64,000 nucleotides of DNA from positions 15,686,001-15,750,000 of the forward strand of contig OX597817.1 of assembly GCA_951406725.2 (NCBI GenBank), written 5' to 3'. The position numbers were made by a program, and so were the translations under genes. This stretch comes from Octopus vulgaris. Its lineage: Eukaryota. The notes under the pieces were generated by a model. It did not search any database. It saw only the letters and a program-made list of their open reading frames with translations, and was not told the DNA's origin. Shown piece after piece: positions 1 through 11,779 of the stretch (position 1 is its first letter; the number at the start of each line of letters is the position of its first letter).

Positions 1-261
1 CTTTATTATTGTTCTTATCTTTGTCTTAGATCTTTCGTCACACATCCTGTAACCTCTTCGGCGACTCTCCAGCCTACGTGTGTCCCCACTGTGTTCTTTT
101 TAGTCTATTCTGTGTTTCCTCCCGTTCTGTTTAGTCCACAGAAAGACAGAATAGACTAAACAGAACTGGAGGAAGCACGTAGAATGGAGAGTCGCTGAAG
201 GGGTCATAGGAGGTGGAGCGAATGATTTAAGACAAAAGACTCAAAAATAAGAACAATAGTA
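1..261. repeat. Imperfect inverted repeat (~110-bp arms), each arm carrying a degenerate minimal hammerhead motif pointing outward
   Basis: CCTGTAACCTCTTCGGCGACTCTCCA pairs with TGGAGAGTCGCTGAAGGGGTCATAGG, TTTAGTCTATTCTGT with ACAGAATAGACTAAA, TATTGTTCTTAT with ATAAGAACAATA. HHR-like at 23-65 (-) and 191-233 (+). Confidence 0.8.
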
Positions 262-349
262 TGAAATGAAGAATGAATATATAATGCGTGTGTTTAGTTG
301 GCAAAAAAATGATACTCCAAAATATAACAACGTGTGTGTGTGTATACAG

Positions 350-425
350 GGAGAGAGAGAGGGAGAGAGAAAAGAGACGGCAAGAGAAAGAGAGATGGAG
401 AGAGAGAGATGGAGAGAGAGAGATG

Positions 426-482
<57 letters not shown>

Positions 483-499
483 AGAGAGAGAGAGAGAGA
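350..499. repeat. (GA)n microsatellite with GAT interruptions
   Basis: Seen directly; source of the spurious ER-rich ORFs. Confidence 0.97.
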
Positions 500-799
500 T
501 TACTTTCACTAAAGAAATAATTTTTTTTTTAAATAAAAACTATTTTGACTTCCATGAATGAAATTCTTCATATTTTCTATAATTTGGTATTCTGACTTTT
601 GTTCTAATTTATTTAACCCCATTTTATGAATGTAATATTAATCTTTGTTGGTACATTTGTTTTAATAATAGGCCTGTCAAAACAGACTCGTACATTGATT
701 AAAATAACAGTTAGGTTCTATTCTGTTTGGTTGCCGCTTTTCAATTTCTTCAATTGATTTCATATTTGGTGCATTGAAGTAACTTTGTATGATAATTAT

Positions 800-1412
800 T
801 CGTTTCTACTCTAGGTACAACGCCCGAAATTTTGAGGGAAGGGGCCAGTCGATTAGATCGACCCTAGTACGCAACTGGTACTTAATTTATCGAGCCCGAA
901 AAGAAAAAAGGCGAAGTCAACCTCGGCAGAATTTGAAATCAGAACGTAAAGACAGACGAAATAGTGCTAAGCATTTCGCCGGGCGTGTTAACGTTTCTTA
1001 TTTCTTTATTGCCCACAAGGGGCTAAACACAGAGGGGATAAACAAGGACAGACAAACGGATTAAGTCGATTACATCGACCCCTGTGCGTAACTGGTACAT
1101 AATTTATCGACCCCGAAAGAATGAAAAGCAAAGTTGATCTCGGCGGAATTTGAACTCAGAATGTAGCGGCAGACGAAATACCTATTTCTTTACTACCCAC
1201 AAGGGGCTAAACACAGAGAGAACAAACAAGGACAGACAAACGGATTAAGTCGATTGCATCGACTCCAGTGCGTAACTGGTACTTAATTTATCGACCCTGA
1301 AAGGATGAAAGGCAAAGTCGACCTGGGCGGAATTTGAACTCAGAACGTAACGGGGGACGAAATACGGCTACGCATTTCGCCCGGCGTGCTAACGTTTCTG
1401 CCAGCCCGCCGC
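800..1412 (-). mobile_element. Cluster of three nested/tandem copies of tRNA-derived SINE family B
   Basis: Repeated CTGGTAC...TTTATCGACCCCGAAAGGATGAAAGGCAAAGTCGACCTCGGCGGAATTTGAACTC (B-box GAGTTCAAATTCC on -); same family as 17179 and 30056. Confidence 0.85.
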
Positions 1413-1679
1413 CTTGTTTACAGTTTGATATTAGAACACGTGCAGCTAACAACAGGCATATCAAAACAATTGACCAACTCAGAAATTTAAAGCACGCTCA
1501 GAATAGTTCCTCTCTATTATTCATATTGAGTGTGCTTTAATTTCCGACTTATGGACAACTAACTGATTAGTTATATATCACCTTTGATACGGGGAGTATC
1601 GCAATAGGCAACTATATAGCTTGTATTTTTATAGATGCATTTTTAGCTGTGCTACTCTTAAACACTCGTGAAAAGCAAG

Positions 1680-1875
1680 TCCAAAGGATATCTGTATAGT
1701 CTCAGCTCAGTTCAACTCATGCTCTTCTTCGATGGAGTCATCCCAAGTTAGAGGTTCCAGCAGTGTCACCGTCCATAGTGCCGACCAGGTCTACCAGTGC
1801 CTTCCATTTCAAGTGGTCCCATGCCTGTCCCTTGACTTTAATTCTCAGATCTTTTTTAATCGCGTCCAGCAATAT
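1680..1875 (-). mobile_element. 3' remnant of an RTE-type LINE
   Basis: Minus-strand translation LDAIKKDLRIKVKGQAWDHLKWKALVD resembles the RTE ORF C-terminal D-I-x-x-DL...A-x-DR-x-x-W motif. Confidence 0.5.
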
Positions 1876-2077
1876 TTGGTGAAATTTATAACATTCTGAC
1901 TAGTTATATGCCATTACGAGTAATATATTATTTGATGATATAAAAATATATCTACTATAGCACTTACTTTGAGTGAGCTTTTATTTCTGACTTAAGGACA
2001 ACTAGCTGATTTTATATATATATATATACATGTGTATGTGTGTATGTGTATGTACACAAATATATTTAACATAATCA

Positions 2078-2490
2078 TAGGCGCGGGAGTGGCTGTGTGG
2101 TAAGTAGCTTGCTAACCAACCACATGGTTCCGGGTTCAGTCCCACTGCGTGGCATCTTGGGCAAGTGTCTTCTGCTATAGCCCCGGGCCGACCAATGCCT
2201 TGACGGAAACTGAAAGAAGCCTGTCATATATATGTATATATATGTATATATATGTATATATATATATGTATGTGTGTGTGTTTGTGTGTCTCTGTTTGTC
2301 CCCCTAGCATTGCTCGACAACCGATGCTGGTGTGTTTACGTCCTCGTCACTTAGCGGTTCGGCAAAAGAGACCGATAGAATAAGTACTGGGCTTACAAAG
2401 AATAAGTCCCGGGGTCGATTTCCTCGACTAAAGGTGGTGCTCCAGCATGGCCGCAGTCAAATGACTGAAACAAGTAAAAGAGTAAAGAGT
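2078..2490 (+). mobile_element. tRNA-derived SINE family A (CORE-like, internal TA/TG microsatellite, GTAAAAGA tail)
   Basis: A-box GTGGCTGTGTGGTAAG, B-box GGTTCAGTCCC; near-identical copies throughout the window. Confidence 0.9.
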
Positions 2491-3173
2491 ATATACACTC
2501 TGATGCAGGAAGCCCTTTTACTGCAGAAACTAAAATGTAAAAAGTAAAATGGTAGAATAGCTGTTCTCCATAGACCTTAAATGATAAGGCTGGAAAGATA
2601 TCAAGTCAGTCAGGAATAGACGGAATTTTCCAATTTTTCAAGTTATATTTTTACATACGCATGCGATCACTGATAATTTCTGACCTGGAGTTCATTAGAG
2701 AGTTAGGAATCTTAGATCTGAATAGGATCTGCACTCTTTCAGTCAAACAAAGTCTACACTTATTCGATTAATTCATATAAGGATTGAATTTCTCAGTTAC
2801 TTTCAATTTAATCACATATAGTGTTTCGTTATATTTCAAAGTCCATATGTGTCGAGCCAACTTAGTAGCCTAACACTTGCCCCTATGTCGGAAGGAGGTT
2901 GTGATTGGCATAACGATTTTTAAATTCACTTTCGCATAATCCAATGTAGGTTTTCTTATCAGTTGTATTATTTAAGGTTGTAGTAACTTCTGCCTCATAT
3001 ATTATCCTGTCCACTTGGTTAAGCGATGTATGACTAAATCTATCATATATAATTGTGCTTCCGTTTTTCGTTTTCTATTGTTTACTTCTCGTTGTTTACT
3101 ATATGCTGCCTTCTCAATTTTTTGGCGTTTCTTCTATTATTCAATGTTTGTAGCTCGTTATGATATGTGGTTT

Positions 3174-3226
3174 GCGCTTGAAGAATATGTTTAAGTTTTC
3201 TCAACATATGAAACTATTGGTAGCGC
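3174..3226 (+). ncRNA. Minimal type I hammerhead ribozyme motif (C3U variant)
   Basis: gcgc-UUGAAGA-auauguu/aacauau (7-bp stem II)-GAAA-cuauugg-UA^-gcgc. Confidence 0.6.
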
Positions 3227-3312
3227 TTTAAAACATGTATTGTGACCTTTAAATAAATAATATTTATCTCTCACCAGGGTAGTTTTTTGTTGAATTTTCT
3301 ATCACCGAACAG

Positions 3313-3317
<5 letters not shown>

Positions 3318-3392
<75 letters not shown>
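3318..3392. repeat. (TA)n microsatellite
   Basis: Seen directly; flanks the Penelope element. Confidence 0.97.
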
Positions 3393-3395
<3 letters not shown>

Positions 3396-4101
3396 AATCA
3401 ATAAATGGTGGGGTTGTGTTGACCGCACGTGGAGAAATGATAGGCAAGGAAATATTATAAAAAGGCAGAATGCTGAATTAAAGGTAAATTTTAATGAAAT
3501 GGACGTATGGAAATTTTTTTTTTAAATGTATATATATCAAATCAAATCGGTTTTCATCGCAATGCGACTTTTCAAGAATTGTAAGGTGAAAAGAAAATTT
3601 TTTTATAATTGAGAAGGGGGGAAAAAAATTACATTGTTTTTTTGCAAAAAAATAATAAACATATACAAAAATTATAAAAATAGGTACACCGATACATTGT
3701 AAAGTCTTTGTGTATCTTGAGTTCAATGATAGGTCTTGGAAAAATTACCTTGGAGGATTAAGATCCATGTGATTAACTCCATGTGGTGTTTAATTTAGGA
3801 TGTTTGTTAAATGAATGTCAAAACAGGAAATGGGGTAGGAGTTATCCAGTTCCTGTGAGTAAGGGGAGACGACTCTGTGGATTTTATGCTCTTCAATTGG
3901 GATTATTCGATTTTTTGTAAGATAGGATGTTAATAAACCTTAAATTATAAAATTATCATTTTAGCTTCATTTGCATTATCTTTTTTTTTATATAATTGTT
4001 TGCTAACTTAACATTTAGATTTTAACACTTTATTTATATTGTTTTCTAATCATATAAATTCACATAAACCAATTTATAATTTCATTTCAGATTGTTATGT
4101 C

Positions 4102-4165
<64 letters not shown>

Positions 4166-4714
4166 GAATATAATTTTTAGCTTGAAGTGATAACTGCATG
4201 ATATCCTTATATATTTGTATTAGTCCATCCATGAAGAATGAGGTAGAAAAAAGAAGTATGCTTATCGTGGAGTTTGCATATTAAGATACGTTTGAATTTT
4301 TCAATAAAAAGATTCTCCTTGTTAATTCTTTCTTGTGTAGTGATTCCGTCTTTACATTGGTAGAAGGGGAGAATATGTAAAATTTGGGATTTTTGTCTTT
4401 AGCGCACGAGTCTATGTGACTATTTGTGGAATTTGATGGTATTCTAGGAGATTTATTTGTTCTTTATGGACCGCTACTCTTTTACGTAAAGGGAGGCTCG
4501 TTTGTTCAACATAATTATGTTGGCAACCGGCGCATGTGCGAACGTAGATAAGGTTCTCGGAGGAACAGGAGAAGTTGGTCTTGATTTTAAACTTTGTTCC
4601 TTGTTTGAAGCTAAATTCAGAGCCTTCAAGTAGGAAGGGGCAGGTGCCACAGTTTGGGCGTGCACATTTTTTAACTGATGGGGGTGATGTGGTGTGTGAA
4701 GTTTGGCATTTGTC

Positions 4715-5880
4715 CATTGCACCAGCTGCACCAGTCCTTGCGAACCTCATAATGGGCTTCTTCAAACTATCATTCTATGAGATATCACGCCAGAAATTTG
4801 GACACGTTTTCCACATTTACCTAATGGAAAACTGGAAAAGGTATTTGGATGATTGTTTCATCATATGGGAAGAATCTTATGAAAAGCTTCTGGAATTCAA
4901 AACCATACTGATCAACATACATCGCAACATCCAATTCACTATGGAATTCAGCAAACATCATCTCCCTTTCCTTGATCTCCTAATTATAAAAACACCTAAG
5001 AACCAAATCATAACAGACATCTACCACAAACCTACAGACTCACAACAATACCCCCTCTTTAGCTCATGCCACCCAAAACACACCAACTTAGCTAAAAGGG
5101 TATGCACCATTGTTTCGGATCCCAAAACTCGAGAAATACGCCTTCAAGACCTCAAAAAAATCCCCACTATTACAACGCCAATATCCCTCCACCCTTATAG
5201 AGTATGGAATAAAAGGTGCCAAAGAACGAGACAACATTACACTGAAAACCACCCAACCCAACAACACACACAACCCCAAAATACTTCCATACATTTCCAC
5301 CCACAACCCCCAAAATATCGAAGCTTATACCACAATCATACAAAACCTCACTCTACAGTCAACAGACCCGAAATTGAATAACATTATCAATACACACAAA
5401 ATCCTCAAATGTAAAAGGCAACATAAATCTTTGAAAAAACTCTTGACAAATGCCAAACTTCACACACCACATCCACCCCCATCAGTTAAAAAATGTGCAC
5501 GCCCAAACTGTGGCACCTGCCCCTTCCTACTTGAAGGCTCTGAATTTAGCTTCAAACAAGGAACAAAGTTTAAAATCAAGACCAACTTCTCCTGTTCCTC
5601 CGAGAACCTTATCTACGTTCGCACATGCGCCGGTTGCCAACATAATTATGTTGAACAAACGAGCCTCCCTTTACGTAAAAGAGTAGCGGTCCATAAAAAA
5701 CAAATAAATCTCCCAGAATACCATCAAATTCCACTAAGTAGTCACATAGACTCGTGCGCTAAAGACAAAAATCCCAAATTTTACATATTCTCCCCTTCTA
5801 CCAATGTAAAGACGGAATCACTACACAAGAAAGAATTAACAAGGAGAATCTTTTTATTGAAAAATTCAAACGTATCTTAA
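4715..5880 (+). pseudogene. Penelope-like RT C-terminal half + Cys-rich linker + GIY-YIG endonuclease, frameshifted
   Basis: WKRYLDDCF (YxDD), LPFLD, DIYHKPTDS...SCHP; linker CARPNCGTC; GIY-YIG-like NLIYVRTCAGCQHNYVEQT...LRKRVAVH. Frameshift around 5090-5160. Confidence 0.9.
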
Positions 5881-6020
5881 TATGCAAACTCCACGATAAG
5901 CATACTTCTTTTTTCTACCTCATTCTTCATGGATGGACTAATACAAATATATAAGGATATCATGCAGTTATCACTTCAAGCTAAAAATTATATTCTTTAT
6001 TTATTATTATTATTATTATT

Positions 6021-6455
6021 CAGTAGCTTTATTTTTATAGCGTGCTTTCACTTCACTACCGAGCGCAGCTCTGTGTGCCTTGGGTATGTGCTGTGATTTG
6101 TTGTGATGCTCTGATGGTTATTGTATGGAAAGTGTTCTGCGTAGGATGTGTGCAGTGCCTAGTAGTGCAATTTTCTGTATGTTATATGTGTTTGTAAGTC
6201 CTGGTGTTTTTGTTATGTATTTGTCTGAATATTTTTTTATCATGCCTAATGCACCTACTATGATAGGAATTGTTTCTGTTTTCAGGTTCCACATTCTAGT
6301 TATCTCTATTTCCAGGTCTTTGTATTTTGAGAGTTTCTCCATTTCTTTTAGAGACACGTTGTCATCTGCCGGTATTGATACATCAATTAGAAAGCATTTT
6401 TTTCTTCATGATCTCTGACAACTATATCTGGTCTGTTGGCCTTAATTTCTCTATC
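6021..6455 (-). mobile_element. 3' fragment of an R4/Dong-type RLE LINE inserted in (TTA)n
   Basis: RPDI...KEMEKLSKYKDLEIEITRMWNLKTETIPIIVGALG...QKIALLGTAHILRRTL; nearly identical to 46337-46620. Confidence 0.88.
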
Positions 6456-6586
<131 letters not shown>

Positions 6587-7157
6587 TTTATTATATATGA
6601 CATAACAATCTGAAATGAAATTATAAATTGGTTTATGTAAATTTATATGATTAGAAAACAATATAAATAAAGTGTTAAAATCTAAATGTTAAGTTAGCAA
6701 ACAATTATATAAAAAAAAAGATAATGCAAATGAAGCTAAAATGATAATTTTATAATTTAAGGTTTATTAACATCCTATCTTACAAAAAATCGATAAAATC
6801 CCAATTGAAGAGCATAAAATCCGCAGAGTCGTCTCCCCTTACTCACAGGAACTGGATAACTCCTACCCCATTTCCTGTTTTGACATTCATTTAACAAACA
6901 TCCTAAATTAAACACCACATGGAGTTAATCACATGGATCTTAATCCTCCAAGGTAATTTTTCCAAGAACTATCATTGAACTCGAGATACAAAAAGACTTT
7001 ACAATGTATCGGTGTACCTATTTTTTAATTTTTGTATATGTTTATTAGTGTTTTACAAAAAACAATGTAATTTTTTCCCCCTCCTCAATTATAAAAAAAA
7101 ATTTCTTTTCACCTTACAATTCTTGAAAAGACACATTGCGACGGAAACCGATTTGAA

Positions 7158-7208
<51 letters not shown>

Positions 7209-7300
7209 TTACCATACACCCATTTTCATTAAAATTTACCTTTAATTTAGCATTCTGCCTTTTTATAATTTTTCCTTGCCTATATATATATATATATAAA

Positions 7301-7950
7301 AATTAATAAATAAAATAAAACATATGCATATATACATACATATATGTACATACCTACCTCTACATGTATATATACATGCATATATGGGTACAGGACACCA
7401 AAAAAGACGTCGAACACAATGAGAAACGAAAACATAAACACAAAACCAAGGAAATGGACAATTTTCTGAAACAACGAAAAAATAGAGTAAAGGACATACA
7501 AAACAAGGAAAATTCCCCTTCTTCAGTCGCCTTTGTTTCATCTACTCCGCGTTTCGAAGGTCAAGGCGAGAAACGACTTTAATGAAACATACCTTCCCGC
7601 GAAAAGCAAATTAAATAAAATTTGAGATTTTTTTGCGGAGGGATAAAAATGGTAACAAAAACAGGACAGTAACGACAGTACAAAATATAAACAGTAAAAG
7701 ACAGGACAAGGAGAGTAACAGTAACACAGACAAAAAGGGCTGTTAAGCCGAACGAGATAAAATATTACGAACGCTCTTTTTGAGAACGGCGAAGGAGCCA
7801 CAGAAAATGCCGTCTACACTTGAAGGAAGCCAGGTCAGAAAGACAGTAGCAGAGCTCTCGTCGCGGGTCAACGACGGGAGGGAGGAGGAGGAGCAAGAGA
7901 AAGGGAGAGAAAAAAGGGAATGGTTGTAGAGAAAACCAGAAAGAATGAAG

Positions 7951-7994
<44 letters not shown>

Positions 7995-8535
7995 AGAGAC
8001 AGTAAGGTAGAAGAAAAGGAAACCCGAAAGAATGAATGCTGAGAAAGGGAGGGGGGACAGAAAAGTTAAGAGTGCGTATCATTATTAATATTAAGAACAA
8101 TCTTACTTAGAAATGGATGCGTGCGTTCCGTCATATAATAAATTAATAAATAAAATAAAACATGTATATATAGATACATATATGTACGTACCTACCTCTA
8201 CATGTATATATACATGCATATATGGGTACAGGACACCAAAAAAAAAACGACGAACACAATGAGAAACGAAAACATAAACACAAAACCAAGGAAATGGACA
8301 TTTTTCTTAAACAACGAAACAATAGAGTAAAGGACATACAATACAAGGAAAATTCCCCTTCTTCAGTCACCTTTGTTTCATCTACTCCGTGTTTCGAAGG
8401 TCAAGGCGAGACATGACTTTAATGAAACATTCCTTCCCGCGAAAAGCAAATTAAATAAAATTTGAGATTTTTTGCGGAGGGATAAAAATGGTAACAAAAA
8501 CAGGACAGTAACGACAGTACAAAATATAAACAGTA
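7301..8535 (-). mobile_element. Non-coding element with two ~395-bp direct repeats (7301-7696, 8141-8535; period 840), each with a rearranged hammerhead motif
   Basis: Direct repeats seen in sequence, flanked by (TA)n; motifs at 7515-7589 and 8355-8429. Confidence 0.8.
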
Positions 8536-8549
8536 TATATATATATGGA

Positions 8550-9542
8550 AAATAAAAGACGGAAGATGGAAGATACGAGAATTTTTATAAATCACTACAA
8601 TTGTTTCGACACATCTAGCATAAGTCCCTCGCGGGTGGTATACTTGACAACTGGTTCAGGAGTATTCGACGGTGCAGATGTGTCCATTCGGGTCATAAGT
8701 AGATATAACTCGTTAAAATAACATTTCCGCAATGTATCTTCTCATTCCGTGTAAGGAAAAGCAGCAAACTAAAGGATATAACTTCATTTATATAGAAGAT
8801 CAATCATAAAATAGCAGATGCAAAAGAGAAACGAAAAAAATATTAAAAATAACCGTTAACGGATATGGATGTATAAATGCCCTCGCTCAAGCTGCATGGC
8901 GCATGTACACTCGCTCATACAAGCATCCACGAAGATGTAAGTATATGCATACGTGTGGTTTTGTGCACACACGTTCACATAGCGAGTTAGATAGCTATTT
9001 GGTGTATATAAGAATGAGAAGGTTAACGCTAAACGTAATTCATCCATACCTCAAAGTAAATTATGTTAACAATTACTAAAATGCATTCCCGCTGCATTGT
9101 GCGAAAGTACATTTACATACATGTAGGCATATTGAAAGTCTTTTCAGAGATGCTATCAATGATCTTCTCATTGGTTCACAAAATAGACAGGGTTTCTTCG
9201 GAGCAGAATCGGCATCTCCTGGAAATAATACTACATGATTTTGCGTGCCTTACTATGGACCAGTCTATGTCATACTTAATTTCATCTTCCTTAGGTCGCC
9301 ACACAAAATCAACCAAAGATGTTGAATGTCTCTTATTGATTCTCTTGAAGCTGACGGCATGGTTGGGATAACGATTCTTGAATGAATCAGCCGTTTGCCT
9401 AATATATGCACGGTACATTTATGTACAAGATTTGTACTCATACAGAGGTTCATCAATGGGTATTTTGATTTTTCTTTGCATGTGCATTTATTATATTTAT
9501 TTGTATATATGGCAGTTCTGACTTCATTTTCCGACATTATAT
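8550..9542 (-). mobile_element. Degenerate Penelope-like 3' fragment (GIY-YIG endonuclease + 3' region)
   Basis: YIRQTADSFKNRYPNHAVSF...TSLVDFVW...IDWSIV...RRCRFCSEE matches the PLE GIY-YIG domain; upstream CTCKEKSKYPL. Confidence 0.8.
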
Positions 9543-10675
9543 ATGGCGCACATTCTCTTCTGATGACCCCATACACTTGCTGGCTACCGGTATGCAGAGT
9601 TCTCGACTAGTCATCAGAAGAGAATGTGCGCCATTTCGGGGCCTACCTCGCAACGGCATCAGTCGCACTGGCCCCTTCACTGATATGAGGCCCCACTTGC
9701 TCGATCAACTGGTTACCAAATAGAGCTTAATATTCGTCTCTTTTTAACCAAATCCAGTGGCTAGCCTATTCCACTGTAGTTTGGATATCGGCCATGGTGG
9801 TATTTACCTTACGATGAGTTAGGCCTAACGATAACATCAGTCGTCTCACACTGTGTATAATTCCTTTCTAGTATCGTATATTGAGCTTGTTAACTTTCCC
9901 AGTTTCTCCACTGTAGAGCCTGTCATTTTATAAAGAGCTCGACATACCTTGTTTTCAAACTCTTTATATTTTCCTTTCTCATTAGCGGCAGGCCACTGAA
10001 CCGTCGGTTTCCTCCGAGTACTATCTGATGCACCAGTTTCATAACCTGCAGTTTCCTGTCGAGAAGAAGTCTTTGCTGTAGCATTTATCAATCCGCTGTG
10101 GTTTGAGTCCGGTGATGATTTGCCACGTGCTTTACAATCACATGATCCACACTGCTCTGTTCTCTTCTTACAAGTCTTTCCCTGATATATCTTCAAGCCT
10201 CGCTCGGTTGCAAAGGTCCTACAGCACAGTTCGTATCCAAAGTTCGCAGTTCGTGCCCAAGGTCATTTCCGTGTTAACTGAGTTTGATTGATTCTCGACT
10301 CCCGCCTCTCGTGGGGCTGTCATTTCCAGTTATTTCCGTTACAATATATTACATAGGCGAGGATCGTAAGTCCGCAGCCTCCGCCAGTCTTTCCTGGTGT
10401 CGATAGTCTTTCCCATTGTCCGCTCGTCTTTCCGAGCAGTTCTCTTGTCTTTCCAAGATGCCTAACCGTCTTTCCGCTTTGTCAGTGGTTACCTACCACA
10501 AGGTCTTAGATGTTTTGCAGACAACGTGCACATGCAAGTGCTACTAGTTGAGAACTCCGCATACCGGAAGCCAGCAAGTGTATGGGGTCACCAGGAGCGA
10601 GTGCACGCTGTTTCGGGCGCCCTACCTCTCGACGGCATCAATGTGCACCGGACTCCACCTCACTGATATAAAATT
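9543..10675 (-). mobile_element. Internally deleted HERO-like RLE non-LTR element with terminal direct repeats and a 3' fold-back
   Basis: N-terminal LKIYQGKTC zinc-finger remnant and RKPTVQWPAANEK motif, joined to C-terminal ASHWIWLKRDEY*. Repeats at 10545-10670 and 9610-9690; inverted piece at 9543-9610. Confidence 0.7.
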
Positions 10676-10689
10676 CCTACTAAGTCTGA

Positions 10690-11203
10690 TTTTCGCGTTT
10701 TATCATTTGCAATTTTTACAGCATAACAATTTCGCAATATCGAAATAAACTAATACTTTCATGTGTCACGTAGTCATCAAGTTTATGTAGTGACAGTCGT
10801 GTTCCACATTTGACAGTAGTCAATTGTGGAACATGACTGTCACGACATAAACCTGATGATTGCGTGACACATGAAAGTATTAGTTTATGTCAAGATTGTA
10901 AAGCCAATTGTGGAACATGACTGTCACGACATAAACCTGATGATTGCGTGACACTTGAAAGTATTAGTTTATGTCAAGATTGTAAAGCCAATTGTGGAAC
11001 ATGACTGTCACGACATAAACCTGATGATTGCGTGACACTTGAAAGTATTAGTTTATGTCAAGATTGTAAAGCCAATTGTGGAACATGACTGTCACGACAT
11101 AAACCTGATGACTGCGTGACGCATGAAAGTATTAGTTAATTTCAATATTGTAAAATATTTAAATTGTTAAATTGTAAAAATTGCTAATGATAAAACGGGA
11201 ATT
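10690..11203 (+). repeat. 84-bp tandem array (units at 10821, 10905, 10989, 11073) plus one inverted upstream unit; each unit holds a minimal hammerhead motif
   Basis: Unit: GACATAAAC-CTGATGA-ttgcgtgacacat-GAAA-gtat-TA-GTTTATGTC. Outer inverted ends CGTTTTATCATTTGCAATTTTTACA / TGTAAAAATTGCTAATGATAAAACG. Confidence 0.85.
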
Positions 11204-11295
11204 TCATTGATAAATATATTCTTCTAAACATATAATAAATATATTAATCAATTTCATTGATTAATATATTCTGCTAAACACAGTCATACAAACTT

Positions 11296-11429
11296 TTTGC
11301 TAACCAACCACATGGATCCGGGTTCAGTCCCACTGCGTGGCATCTTGGGCAAGTGTCTTCTACTATAGCCCCGGGCCGACCAATGCCTTGTGAGTGGATT
11401 TGGTAGACGGAAACTGAAAGAGGCCTGTC

Positions 11430-11512
<83 letters not shown>

Positions 11513-11704
11513 TGTGTCTGTGTTTGCCTCCCTAGCATTGCTTGACAACCGATGCAGGTGTGTTTATGTCCCCGTCACTTAGCGGTTCAGCAAAAGAGAC
11601 AGATAGAATAAGTACTGGGCTTACAAAGAATAAGTCCCGGGGTCGAGTTGCTCGACTAAAGGCGGTGCTCCAGCATGGCCGCAGTCAAATGACTGAAACA
11701 AGTA

Positions 11705-11707
<3 letters not shown>
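11296..11707 (+). mobile_element. SINE family A, 5'-truncated
   Basis: Identity to 2078-2490. Confidence 0.9.
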
Positions 11708-11775
<68 letters not shown>

Positions 11776-11779
11776 GTAC

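Noticed and set aside
2078-2150. tRNA genes at SINE heads
   Set aside because: A/B boxes without a full cloverleaf, continuing into SINE bodies.
8590-8755. Long-loop hammerhead on the minus strand (gauacau/auguguc-GAAACAAUUGUA)
   Set aside because: Stems II and III are plausible but the CUGANGA box reads GGAAUGAGAA and stem I is only 3 bp; at best a dead relic.
9611-9680. HDV-like ribozyme (ggggcc/ggcccc and gugcg/cgcac pseudoknot)
   Set aside because: No P4/P1.1 arrangement; the rearranged hammerhead explains the conserved nucleotides better.
10821-11150. CRISPR-like regular repeats
   Set aside because: Units are near-identical end to end with no unique spacers, no cas genes, eukaryotic context.
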